From Candidatus Yonathbacteria bacterium CG_4_8_14_3_um_filter_46_25 (lineage in GTDB: Bacteria > Patescibacteriota > Minisyncoccia > Phycocordibacterales > UBA1539), in assembly GCA_002788135.1 (NCBI GenBank), contig PFQT01000040.1, forward strand, positions 1 to 46,221: a stretch of 46,221 bases of DNA. Direction: 5' to 3'. A program made the translations under genes and the position numbers. How positions within the stretch are numbered: the first letter of the stretch is position 1; the number at the start of each line of letters is the position of its first letter. The notes under the pieces were generated by a model, which did not search any database, was not told the DNA's origin, and was given only the letters and a program-made list of their open reading frames with translations. This document shows positions 34,347-43,282 of the stretch, piece by piece.

Positions 34347-35405
34347 TTAACCGATAAAAAACACCACCATTCCGATTATGGCACAGATCACCGAGATGAT
34401 CCAAAATCGCATCGTTACTTTATACGGCGGCCAACCAAGCGCCTCGAAGTGATGATGGATAGGCGCCACGAGAAATACCTTTTTTCCATTTCTGAGTTTC
34501 TTCGATGATATTTGTATTATATCAGAAAGTGAAGCCGCAAAGAGAGGCAGGGCGATGATCGGAAGAACCGCTACACCGTTGGCAAGAAATGCTACGACCG
34601 TAAGAGCTGTTGTAAGACCGAGAATTCCCGTTTCGGACATATAGAACCGAGCTGGTGGCACATTGAACCAGAGAAATGCAAGCGTTCCTCCCCCAACAAC
34701 CCCACAAAACGCCGCAAGATCGATCTGGTGTTGGAAAAAAGCGATTCCCGCATAGGCGCCAAAAATAGTGGCCATGATACCGCCGGAGAGCCCATCAATC
34801 CCATCGATCACGCCGCCAGAAAACAGCGCGAGCATAACAAGCATGAAAAATGGGATGAAGAAGATTCCTAGTCCGACATCTCCGACAAACGGCACATAAA
34901 AACTCGAGACATCGAGTTTAAAGAAAAACCACGAAGCACCAATGAACCCGAGAAGTAGCACGATCGCTATTCGGATACGCAGCGGAATTCCTCCCGCGAT
35001 ATACCCGCCTTTGCCAAACACAATAAGAAAGTCGTCGACAAGCCCCACGAGCGAAGCGCTGACAAGCGTAAAAAGCGGAAGCCATGTTTGCCCTCTGCTC
35101 ACCATATCCATTTTTTGCGTAAGCTCGGTCGGGAATATTTTTGATACAATCCATATTAAGGCGATAGTGATAAGAACGCTTCCCCAAATGACGATCCCTC
35201 CCATACGCGGAGTTCCGGTGTCGCGATCCTTATGGAGTTTGTTAAAGATTGGTGTGCCTCCCCCGCCGAGCGATCCCGATTTTCCTGACTGTTTTTTCCA
35301 TAATTTATATTTATACAAAAAGTGAGTAAGAGATGGCGTCATGGCGACACCGATAAAAAACGCAAGTGTTGACGGAAAAAAAACTTTTACAACATCCATT
35401 ATCAT
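34347..35405 (-). CDS. mraY: Phospho-N-acetylmuramoyl-pentapeptide transferase MraY
   Basis: TPRMGGI, VGLVDDF, DGIDGLSGG, APIHHHFE. Confidence 0.9.
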   Translation of the reverse strand: MIMDVVKVFFPSTLAFFIGVAMTPSLTHFLYKYKLWKKQSGKSGSLGGGGTPIFNKLHKDRDTGTPRMGGIVIWGSVLITIALIWIVSKIFPTELTQKMDMVSRGQTWLPLFTLVSASLVGLVDDFLIVFGKGGYIAGGIPLRIRIAIVLLLGFIGASWFFFKLDVSSFYVPFVGDVGLGIFFIPFFMLVMLALFSGGVIDGIDGLSGGIMATIFGAYAGIAFFQHQIDLAAFCGVVGGGTLAFLWFNVPPARFYMSETGILGLTTALTVVAFLANGVAVLPIIALPLFAASLSDIIQISSKKLRNGKKVFLVAPIHHHFEALGWPPYKVTMRFWIISVICAIIGMVVFFIG

Positions 35406-35456
35406 ACAAATACAACATAATAATTATACTCGCTTCCTCGCATGATAACAAATCTT

Positions 35457-36437
35457 CTACTCGGTACTTACTTTATGAACACTTGCGTCAACGAGTTTTT
35501 TCATATCGCTGAATCGTCCCTCTTCGCTTGAGCCGAGGATCGATATGGCAATGGGACGCATAAGTCCGGCATCAAAAACAACTACCAGATTTCCACCCGC
35601 AAGATCGGTAAAACCGGTCTTCGATGCGATGAGTCCGGGGATTTTCCCAATCATTTCGTTGGTATTTGATGCGCTGTGAGATATTTCACTAAGAGATTGC
35701 GCGACGAACTCACGGTATGAGGTTGACTCGAATATCTGCTGATAATTGCGTACGGCATACGCGAAGAGCGTTGTCATATCCTTCGCTGTTCCATAGGCGC
35801 CGCTCGTGACATCATCCACGTCAAGACCCGTTTCGTTGAAAAATACGGTGTTAGGAAGCGGGATTGATACGGCTTTTTCGTTCATTGCCGCAACAAACAA
35901 ACTTTTTGCTTCTTCTACCGACATTCCATAATCAACTTGCCCATAAGAACCGGCAACAGACGCAATAGCACTCGCTCCATCATTGGAAGAGGTTGTAAGA
36001 GTAAAATCTATGAGGTCAGAAAGTCTCCATTGTTCCCCGACATGAAGACCAGAATCCCCATCGAGAGCAATGTCGCCCGAGTGTACCGTCACAACCGTTG
36101 ATTTTGGGATAAGGTCAGATGCAATTACGGCCGTCATCACTTTCGTCACCGAAGCGAGCGGGAGTCGTTCATTCTCATTGTGGGCAAAAAGCGATACATC
36201 ATTTCTTATGTCGAAAACGTACGCCGCAATCGCTTCAAGTTCTATCTCATCGAACGGATCGGCCGCTTCTTTCTCGATCAAGACTTCATGCACCGATGCC
36301 TCTTCCAATTTACTCGCATGACCGAGGTCGTCAATGCCGACGTAAGGAAATATGGCAACAAACAAAATGCCAACAAGAAACATTGCCCCGAACATGTGGA
36401 TGTCTTCCCGCTCGATTTTTTTAAAAAATTGTTTCAT
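35457..36437 (-). CDS. D-alanyl-D-alanine carboxypeptidase (S11, PBP5-like)
   Basis: SxxK is LASVTKVMTA, SxN is TSSNDGA and KTG is SKTGFT. N-terminal anchor. Confidence 0.85.
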   Translation of the reverse strand: MKQFFKKIEREDIHMFGAMFLVGILFVAIFPYVGIDDLGHASKLEEASVHEVLIEKEAADPFDEIELEAIAAYVFDIRNDVSLFAHNENERLPLASVTKVMTAVIASDLIPKSTVVTVHSGDIALDGDSGLHVGEQWRLSDLIDFTLTTSSNDGASAIASVAGSYGQVDYGMSVEEAKSLFVAAMNEKAVSIPLPNTVFFNETGLDVDDVTSGAYGTAKDMTTLFAYAVRNYQQIFESTSYREFVAQSLSEISHSASNTNEMIGKIPGLIASKTGFTDLAGGNLVVVFDAGLMRPIAISILGSSEEGRFSDMKKLVDASVHKVSTE

Positions 36438-36469
36438 TTTTAATCAGTAAACTTGGTTGCCGTAAAACA

Positions 36470-37075
36470 TTACACTTCCTCCCTCGTTGTCGCGTTCTCC
36501 GTTGTCTCATTTCCCTCTTCTTCATCAGAACACTTTTCAAAGTCCGCGATTCCTTGATCGATCAACTCATATTCCGGAAGCTCTTCTGGTTTCAATATTC
36601 CAAGATACGAAAGTAGGTCAAATGTTGCTCTGTATAAAAATCCTCGAGCATGACCAGGATCGGAAACCCTTTCAACAAGACCGCGCACTAAAAGATTGCG
36701 CAAAATGAACGCTGAATTTACTCCCCTGATATGATCAATTCTACTTCGCGAGATCGGTCCTTTATAGAGTACGATCGAGAGTGTTTCAAGGCCTGCTTTC
36801 CCGATCTCTTTCGTGATCTCTTCACGTTTAAGCTTTTCAATAATGCCGCCTGCCTCGGGAATCGTACCGAGCATAACGTCATTATCTTTCTCCATCAGTA
36901 CGATCCCCCTTCCCTTAAGCCGATCTGCGAGCTCCTTGAGACCCATGGCAACGGTCGGCTCGGGAGCTTCAAGCGCCTCGGCAAGTTTCTTGATCGATAT
37001 CGGCTCCGTCTTGAAGAAGAGCACGGCTTCAAGCAAGGCGGCAAAATCGATCATCGTGTTTTGTTCTTTGTTCAT
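36470..37075 (-). CDS. scpB: Segregation and condensation protein B
   Basis: LLEAVLFFKTEPISIKKLAEAL...SRAGLETLSIVLYKGPISRSRIDHIRGVN. Confidence 0.9.
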   Translation of the reverse strand: MNKEQNTMIDFAALLEAVLFFKTEPISIKKLAEALEAPEPTVAMGLKELADRLKGRGIVLMEKDNDVMLGTIPEAGGIIEKLKREEITKEIGKAGLETLSIVLYKGPISRSRIDHIRGVNSAFILRNLLVRGLVERVSDPGHARGFLYRATFDLLSYLGILKPEELPEYELIDQGIADFEKCSDEEEGNETTENATTREEV

Positions 37076-37096
37076 GTTCTGTTCTTCTAAAATAGC

Positions 37097-37843
37097 TTAT
37101 GCATGGTAATGCGGAGTGTCGAGTTTCATTGACTCCATGTGAATATCATCAAAATTGTTCTCTTGGGAAACCAAAATGATCCCCTGCCGCACCAATTCAA
37201 GCATTGCGAGAAAGCTTACCACAATATTCCCTTTTTCCACCTTCCCCAATCCGGAAAACTCACGAAAACTTATTGAAAGCATGGACTGTATTCTCTTCGA
37301 AAGATTCTCAATGACATCCTCGAGACTGATGACTTTTTTGACGATGGCGTTCGGGATTCTCTCTTTCTTGGGAAAACCAGCGATGGTTGATCTGATCGCC
37401 GACAGTATTCCCGACACGGTAACTGTCTTGTCCGGAGAAAAAACCGGATTGATAACCCTTGATTGATTGCGCGCGAAGATAATGTTTGCACCGAAACGTT
37501 CTTGCACATGCGCAGAGAGTTCTTTGATCCGTTTATACTCATTGAGACGCCGTTCGAGATCCTCGATACTGCCGGTTTCTTCTTCGGTAAGAGTAAGCGT
37601 CGGCAGGAGCGATTTTGATTTTATGAGCACCAATGCAGAAGCGACAAGAATAAAACTCGCCACGTCGCTTGTCGGAAACGCGGTGAGATTTTGGATGTAT
37701 GCCATGTAATCATCGGCAACCTTCGCGAGAGAAATATCGTTGATAAGAAGTTTTCGTTTTTCGATCAAAGACAACAAAAGTCCAAGTGGTCCTTCAAATA
37801 CCTCTGTTTTTACGATATATCCTTCCACCATAAGCGACTTCAT
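37097..37843 (-). CDS. scpA: Segregation and condensation protein A
   Basis: EVFEGPLGLLLSLIEKRKLLINDISLAKVADDY. The start is taken at ATG 37843 (the ORF opens at 37894). Confidence 0.85.
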   Translation of the reverse strand: MKSLMVEGYIVKTEVFEGPLGLLLSLIEKRKLLINDISLAKVADDYMAYIQNLTAFPTSDVASFILVASALVLIKSKSLLPTLTLTEEETGSIEDLERRLNEYKRIKELSAHVQERFGANIIFARNQSRVINPVFSPDKTVTVSGILSAIRSTIAGFPKKERIPNAIVKKVISLEDVIENLSKRIQSMLSISFREFSGLGKVEKGNIVVSFLAMLELVRQGIILVSQENNFDDIHMESMKLDTPHYHA

Positions 37844-37973
37844 TATAGCATAAAAAAAGTGCTGTATGATTATAGGATATCGCTTGATCAGCAATCTAGT
37901 TTGTCAAAAAACAAGTCGAGCCATAAAAGACCCGACTTGAAGACTCTTTCCCGATCACAGAACTGCGAGCTAC

Positions 37974-38282
37974 CTACACCTTTTTTTTGTGCGAAGGAGG
38001 CGGAAACGCATACACGATACCGCACTCTCTGCAGTGGTAGCTTTTAATAATTTGAAATTGTTCCTTGCTCCCTGGACCAAAGATGCGTTCGTTGGGAGGA
38101 ACGACACACTCACGAAATATAACCTCAACGACATCGCCTCTGCAAACACGACATACGCCGGCTACCCTATTCTCATTGTTCACTTTCGGCAGACCGTTTG
38201 AAATACGCGCAAATTTGTCCGAAATTTTGGCTTTATCAATGAGACGCGACAGTGCCTCATAATTTTTTGGCTTGTTTGGCAT
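37974..38282 (-). CDS. Small zinc-ribbon protein (two CxxC pairs)
   Basis: CRVCRG ... CRECG. It is the first gene behind the promoter at 38339-38367. No family recognised. Confidence 0.5.
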   Translation of the reverse strand: MPNKPKNYEALSRLIDKAKISDKFARISNGLPKVNNENRVAGVCRVCRGDVVEVIFRECVVPPNERIFGPGSKEQFQIIKSYHCRECGIVYAFPPPSHKKKV

Positions 38283-38338
38283 TTTCTACTCTCCAAAAAA
38301 AGAGAAACAGTGGTGGAACAAGGTTTTTTCTGCACACA

Positions 38339-38367
38339 ATGATATCTCCGCGCGGAAACTTTGTCAA
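38339..38367 (-). promoter_or_regulatory. Promoter candidate (TTGACA-17-TATCAT) heading the zinc-ribbon/scpAB/dac/mraY/ftsW/murG string
   Basis: On the minus strand, TTGACA is at 38362-38367 and TATCAT at 38339-38344. Confidence 0.55.
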
Positions 38368-38374
38368 AATAATG

Positions 38375-38540
38375 TTTAGTTAACCATATGAGGTGACACG
38401 GTTTAGTATTTCATCTACCGATATGATAATCGGTTTTGTCTTCTTCCGTAAGGTCATTTTTTCTGCAAGGTCGGTCCTTACGAAAGTACGGAGGGGAACT
38501 AAGCTAGAGTGTTACCTCATAAGGTTAACTCTGTAAACAA
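38375..38540. mobile_element. MITE-like element: ~26-30-nt imperfect terminal inverted repeats around a ~110-nt structured core
   Basis: The left arm gtttagttaaccatatgaggtgacac pairs with the right arm gtgttacctcataaggttaactctgtaaac. The arm motif ttaaccatatgaggtgaca resembles ttacccttatggggtgaca of the 20796 element. The core contains ctgcaaggtcggtcctta. No ORF. Confidence 0.5.
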
Positions 38541-38544
38541 ACAC

Positions 38545-38933
38545 GTCCCTACTCCGACAAGAGCGTATTGATTTGATATAAGTATCGAGGTTGAACTCTC
38601 CCCTTATCGAACGGCAACTCGTCTGCTTCGCTCAAAACGGTTATCTCGATTACTTCAATCTCAATGTCCCTAGTCGGAATATTTTGGTTCATCATATTGT
38701 CGAGTCGTTTATTGACTTTCCCTCGTATTTCACGACCCGCTTCGAACAGAGCTTACCCGCTGTCTCACGCGCCTCTTTGTGATTCGGTAATGCAATAACT
38801 TGAACAAAGCCCGTTGCGTCGCGCAGATCAATAAAGATGAGCTTCTCGTGGTCTCGGCGCGCGTCAAACTAGCCGGCAATGGTCACGTCTTCTCCCCATG
38901 CGCGTTAAGGCCTTTGGTAAAAATTCGTTCCAT
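38545..38933 (-). pseudogene. aspS: Truncated, inactivated N-terminal fragment of aspartate--tRNA ligase
   Basis: MERIFTKGLNAH.GEDVTIAG*FDARRDHEKLIFIDLRDATGFVQVIALP... has TAG (38869-38871) where the GW Trp is expected. A 1-nt frameshift follows, then KVNKRLDNMMNQNIPTRDIEIEVIEITVLSEADELPF. The catalytic domain is absent and homology stops at the MITE-like element. Confidence 0.75.
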
Positions 38934-38943
38934 AGTATGAAAA

Positions 38944-39198
38944 TCAGTGGTAGAGCTCACCTTCCACCTCATCAAGTGTACCTTCCGGGTCAATAAGGTA
39001 ATGGTCAAGCATTTCCGGGTGAGCCGCGATAATATCTCCAAAAAGTTTTGCCTTGCCAGCAGTGGCAAACTCGAGCAAAGCCTCATTCAAAGGACGGCCG
39101 TTCGCGTGCCGTTGCGCAAGCTCTATTTGTATTTTGTTGCGGGCTTGCAATCGCGCTTTCACGATATCCGCTTCGTTTGGTGCTCCTTCTATTTCCAT
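38944..39198 (-). CDS. Small hypothetical protein (84 aa)
   Basis: ORF packed between the RNHCP gene and the aspS remnant. No family recognised. Confidence 0.45.
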   Translation of the reverse strand: MEIEGAPNEADIVKARLQARNKIQIELAQRHANGRPLNEALLEFATAGKAKLFGDIIAAHPEMLDHYLIDPEGTLDEVEGELYH

Positions 39199-39235
39199 CG
39201 CGCCATCATATCAAATAAACAAGTCTTTGTGTAGT

Positions 39236-39538
39236 CTACCTTTTTGACCAATCATGATCGAAATATTTCTCAAGATCGTCGTCTTTGTCGGCGCGATTCG
39301 GCTTTTCAAAGCCACATTTTCGACATTGATGAATGATCGTGAATTCGCCGGAACGCGACTCTATCCGTGACGGCTCCATCATTCCGCCGCACGACTGCGC
39401 ACGGTCGCCCGGATTAACATCGACATGTTTGCTCCAGAGACACCGCGGGCAATGATTGGTGTACCCGCTTCCCATAACGGCCGCGCCACAATACTCGCAC
39501 ATGAAATCCTCGGTTCTTTTTTGAAACTGCCGCGACAT
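39236..39538 (-). CDS. RNHCP domain protein
   Basis: FMCEYCG...GYTNHCPRCLWSKHVDVNPGDRAQSCGGMMEP...CRKCG. Confidence 0.75.
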   Translation of the reverse strand: MSRQFQKRTEDFMCEYCGAAVMGSGYTNHCPRCLWSKHVDVNPGDRAQSCGGMMEPSRIESRSGEFTIIHQCRKCGFEKPNRADKDDDLEKYFDHDWSKR

Positions 39539-39556
39539 ATCTCATTATCTTACCAC

Positions 39557-41272
39557 TCAACCGGTAGCTGAAAAGGTCGGACCTTTTTCGCTGCTTTGTT
39601 CTTCCGTTGGCACTGGAGTTGCTTGGTGCATAATCCCGGGATCAAGCTCGACATAGAACGTCGAACCCTTCCCGAGACCTGCCGATTCGGCCCAAATCCG
39701 TCCATCATGATTGCGAATGATCTCCTTCGCTACATAAAGTCCAAGCCCTGATCCGCCGGTGTGAAATTTGCTCGCGTTGGCGGCACGACTAAACTTCTTG
39801 AATATTTTCTCAATGGTTGCCTGAATCATCCCAATACCAGTATCAGAAACTATAATGAGAATTTTCTTTTTCCTAGTCTTATACATTCGCACTTTAATAC
39901 CCCCTTTGAGAGAATATTTGAGCGCGTTGTCTATTAGGTTCGAGATCACTTGGCGGATCTTCCCAATATCTACCGCAATGCGATAATCTTCTTTCGGCAC
40001 GATCTCTAGAGTAAGTGATAATCCGGACGACTCCGCAGAAGATTTCATTTCTTCGATAATGTCGGTAAGAACGTTGCCCAGATCGGCTTTTTCGAACCGG
40101 TATTCGATCTTCCCCGATTCGATCTTCGATATGTCCATGAACTCCTCAATGATTACGAGCAAACGCTTGCTTGATTCTGATATCTTCATCACTGCGCCAC
40201 GCGCGTTTGCCGAAAGCAGACCGAATGATCCTTCAAGAAGCATCGACGTGTATCCGCGGATCGCGGTAAGTGGATCGCGCAGGTGGTGAGCCGCGATCTC
40301 AACGAAGTTAGACTTTTTCTTATTGAGCTCTTGGAGGCGTATATTGACGTTATGAAGCTCCTCGGCCAGTTTTTCAACTTCCTGCCTGCTTTCCGTTTCG
40401 CGCTTAACGCTCCTAGTGAGAAAAAAACTTGATGAAACCACCAGAGCAAGAATCGTTCCTTTGACGACAAAATCAATGACTGATCGTGAGAAAATCACTT
40501 CCGTAAAAAGTGTCAGAGAAATAAGCACTATGAAAAGTTCCGTTGCCATGAGTTTTATATTCCAAAAATTGTACTTAACCATGATATATCCAATGATTGT
40601 AGCAGTAAGAAACGCCACCATGTGACCGATCCATGCCACATCATAATATCCCATGATCTGTAAAGTCAGGTTGATGATAAAAATGGAGAACATCGCGATG
40701 GCAAGAGCGATCATTATATAACGCAATTCAATCTTGAAAACGCCGGCCGCTTCGCGATATTTTCGCCATAACGTTGCAAGACTTGCGGTGAAAACCACGA
40801 TAAGATACAAAACGAAGAGAAAAAAAAGCGGGCCGCGCGCAATCTCGTTCTCCCACCCGTGCGAAACATCAGCTCTTCTCCATACGATAAGATCAGAGAA
40901 GGCGATGAGGGAGAACATGAGGAGTGACAGCACGATAATGCCAGCCGAGCGCAATTTATTAAACCGAAATTTCCCCACCGACAGCGAGTCCGCGAAAAAT
41001 ATTGACATCATGGGCATGCTAGCACCACTGATATAGAGCAAGCGAATAAGCGCTTCTTCAATGTCGCTATGAGAGATCGACTGCAAAAGTCCGGCGGTTA
41101 TCGACCACACCATGGCAGAGGCGGTTATCAGGAGGAACATGGTAGTGTCCTTTCTGCTAGAATCACGCACATATATCAATATCCCTACAACCAAAACAAG
41201 CACCCCTGAACCGAGCGTTACCAAACTTGCCGGCGTAACGGTCTCGAACAAATTCACATGCATGAAAAACAT
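39557..41272 (-). CDS. Sensor histidine kinase 1 with multi-TM N-terminal sensor (orphan)
   Basis: About 7 hydrophobic helices and a coiled coil. The H-box is FVEIAAHHLRDPLTAIRGY. HATPase_c motifs are NLIDNALKYS, DTGIGM and GGSGLGL. No response regulator is adjacent. Confidence 0.9.
   Translation of the reverse strand: MFFMHVNLFETVTPASLVTLGSGVLVLVVGILIYVRDSSRKDTTMFLLITASAMVWSITAGLLQSISHSDIEEALIRLLYISGASMPMMSIFFADSLSVGKFRFNKLRSAGIIVLSLLMFSLIAFSDLIVWRRADVSHGWENEIARGPLFFLFVLYLIVVFTASLATLWRKYREAAGVFKIELRYIMIALAIAMFSIFIINLTLQIMGYYDVAWIGHMVAFLTATIIGYIMVKYNFWNIKLMATELFIVLISLTLFTEVIFSRSVIDFVVKGTILALVVSSSFFLTRSVKRETESRQEVEKLAEELHNVNIRLQELNKKKSNFVEIAAHHLRDPLTAIRGYTSMLLEGSFGLLSANARGAVMKISESSKRLLVIIEEFMDISKIESGKIEYRFEKADLGNVLTDIIEEMKSSAESSGLSLTLEIVPKEDYRIAVDIGKIRQVISNLIDNALKYSLKGGIKVRMYKTRKKKILIIVSDTGIGMIQATIEKIFKKFSRAANASKFHTGGSGLGLYVAKEIIRNHDGRIWAESAGLGKGSTFYVELDPGIMHQATPVPTEEQSSEKGPTFSATG
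39567..39587. repeat. 21-nt repeat gctgaaaaggtcggacctttt, copy 2 (inside the last codons of kinase 1)
   Basis: Identical to 4718-4738. It encodes ...EKGPTFSA at the kinase C-terminus. Confidence 0.8.
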
Positions 41273-41368
41273 TCTTTTATTCTTTTCATTTTAACAAACT
41301 GGCATGATTTTTTCTATACACAATGCGCATAAGATCAAAAAACAGATGCTTGATGCCTCGTAATATCA

Positions 41369-41878
41369 ATGCTACACTCCAACAAGAGAAAGGAGGTGTA
41401 CGATGCAAAAAACCCTCATACGCTCTATCGAAATCGTATCCAGTGCTCTATCAACATACTTGCAAACGAGATACGAGCTATTGCGGAAAAAATTTCGCAT
41501 AATCCGCAGGTGACACCGCGTGTCAAGAACATAGAAGCATTGAGGAGGAAAATGCGCTTCTACAAAACGCATAATGTTTCTAGGATAAACGATGTGTACG
41601 GCATTAGGGTTCTTGTCGCGTCGGTTTCCGAGGTGTATGCCATTCTTGAACGGATCACGAAGGCGTTTCATGGTTATCTCGAACATGACTACATCGCGAA
41701 TCCAAAGACGCGTCCCAACGATCCCGCTCTCGAAGGAAAAGTGCTCCGCCTCTTACAGTTCATTGCGTATCGAAATGGCGTTCCATTCGAAATTCAAATT
41801 ACCACGTATGAATTTCATGCAATGAACGAGCTGCTGCACGAGGCGTACCACAAAAGAAAATATGACGGACTTGAATAG
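41369..41878 (+). CDS. Small RelA/SpoT-homologue synthetase-domain protein (SAS-like nucleotidyltransferase)
   Basis: SHNPQVTPRVKNIEALRRKM, INDVYGIRVLV, DYIANPK, PFEIQITTYEFHAMNELLHEAYHKRKY parallel RelQ/RelP blocks. The usual GYRSxH block is not recognisable (EGKVLRLLQF). Confidence 0.65.
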   Translation: MLHSNKRKEVYDAKNPHTLYRNRIQCSINILANEIRAIAEKISHNPQVTPRVKNIEALRRKMRFYKTHNVSRINDVYGIRVLVASVSEVYAILERITKAFHGYLEHDYIANPKTRPNDPALEGKVLRLLQFIAYRNGVPFEIQITTYEFHAMNELLHEAYHKRKYDGLE

Positions 41879-41890
41879 GCCTGTGAGCAC

Positions 41891-42466
41891 TTATCGCTCA
41901 CAGGTCTTTCTGTATCCATCGAGAAGTTCCCGATATTCTCGCGCGAGTACGCCATCATGGAGCATAGTGTCGAGAATGTCCCCCACCGCATCATAATACC
42001 AAAAATACTCGGCAGATGTCGCGTTGAAATGTTTCGCGATGACGTGTTCTCCGCCGTCTTTTTTGAAAGCGTCAAAGTATGCTTGCATATTGACCATTTT
42101 ATCGGCACCTACGACGATAAGCGCATCGAGAGACGCGCTTTTAATCCTATCTAAATACATTTCTTTTTTTTCTTTCCATGAAGAATATTTTTTTTCGCGC
42201 GGATGACTTACTTCGGCAACGATTCGAGCGACCCGATATCCGAATTCTTCTTGTAAAAGTTCGGGAGAAACATCGCTCGAGTCTTCAAGCACGTCGTGTA
42301 AGAGCGCCGCGATAAAGATCTCCTCATCGTCAGTATATCGCTTTACCGCAAGGGCAACTAACACCGGGTGCACAATGTAGGGAACGCGCGTACCCTTGCG
42401 ATATTGGCCATCATGTTTTTCTGCGGCGAAATAAAGCGCTTTCTTTATGTATGTGATCGTGTCCAT
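41891..42466 (-). CDS. HD-domain (p)ppGpp hydrolase-like protein (SAH/Mesh1-like)
   Basis: AAEKHDGQYRKGTRVPYIVHPVLVA, ALLHDVLEDS, FGYRVARIVAEVS. Confidence 0.8.
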   Translation of the reverse strand: MDTITYIKKALYFAAEKHDGQYRKGTRVPYIVHPVLVALAVKRYTDDEEIFIAALLHDVLEDSSDVSPELLQEEFGYRVARIVAEVSHPREKKYSSWKEKKEMYLDRIKSASLDALIVVGADKMVNMQAYFDAFKKDGGEHVIAKHFNATSAEYFWYYDAVGDILDTMLHDGVLAREYRELLDGYRKTCER

Positions 42467-42485
42467 GTAATGATGATTACATTCT

Positions 42486-43147
42486 TTACGCCCTCATAAG
42501 CTCGATATGCCCTTTGCATATCGGAAGCGACCGGTTCCGATATGACAGTGCGTGCTCAACATTAAAAGAAATGCCGCCGAATATCGACTTATTTTCAAGC
42601 GAGTTTGAACTCACGCCATGCCGTTCCAGAATATCCATGACCTCATGTTTTGTTTTTTTTATAACAGGAGTATGGTATTCGATTCCATACTCGCCAACAA
42701 ATTCCTTCATCAACAAAAGAAAATCCTCGCGTTGTTCAATATAGATGTCTCTCGTTGCTTGATACCCCGAATATCCGCATGCAATATGTTTGATGTCTCG
42801 TTTCATACAATAGAGAATAGCATCGACATGAACCGCAAGCGCAAGGGCAATCGGATACACCACATGCGTTTCGTTTGTTTTCTCGATCGCTAGTTTTCGC
42901 ACAAGATATGGATTACCATGATTGCGCGATCAGGGTCGATATATTTCGGGAAAGCCCCCATGAGCTCTGCGTGCCTAATGTCCGGCGCCGAGTCACCGCG
43001 CGGACCCACAAGCTCGGACAGTCCCTACTGACAAGTAAATAATTTCACCATGTATCCGAGGCGTGCCATCTCAAGCGCGGTCGCCGACGAATCCCGCCCG
43101 CCGGAATACAGAACAAGTGCAGTTTTGATTTTCGAGGAAGGAAACAT
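42486..43147 (-). pseudogene. Disrupted PP-loop ATPase (QueC/ExsB-like adenine nucleotide alpha-hydrolase)
   Basis: MFPSSKIKTALVLYSGGRDSSATALEMARLGYMVKLFTCQ then an in-frame TAG. The frame continues GLSELVGPRGDSAPDIRH..., then a frameshift into ...THVVYPIALALAVHVDAILYCMKRDIKHIACGYSGYQ.... Confidence 0.6.
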
Positions 43148-43231
43148 AAATAAACTATACCAACGGACGAAAGATGCGTCAAACGCTTGAATGTAGGAAT
43201 GTAGGTACACTCGGATATGCTTTTCCAAAAC

Positions 43232-43258
43232 TTTATTGGACACTCGGTGTCCAATAAA
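43232..43258. repeat. 27-nt palindromic element, copy d
   Basis: tttattggacactcggtgtccaataaa, preceded by tatgcttttccaaaac (the inverse of the copy-c flank). It lies 25 nt past the stop of kinase 2. Confidence 0.9.
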
Positions 43259-43282
43259 AATCGCCATGACGCAAGGTCAGTT

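Noticed and set aside
41390-41513. A strong SD (AAAGGAGGTG) plus ATG 41403, out of frame with the SAS gene. It opens a 36-codon ORF ending in a GTGA overlap with an in-frame GTG, with an A6T3 run at 41485-41493. This suggested coupling or a -1 frameshift.
   Set aside because: The annotated frame already shows RelQ/RelP-like spacing from a Tyr to the SHNP...RVK block upstream of both the GTG and the stop. The simple ATG 41369 model therefore explains the conservation. Still worth a glance if TSS data place the start downstream of 41369.
7046-43258. The palindromic repeats as a CRISPR array.
   Set aside because: Copies are 7-15 kb apart, not arrayed with regular spacers. No cas genes are present.
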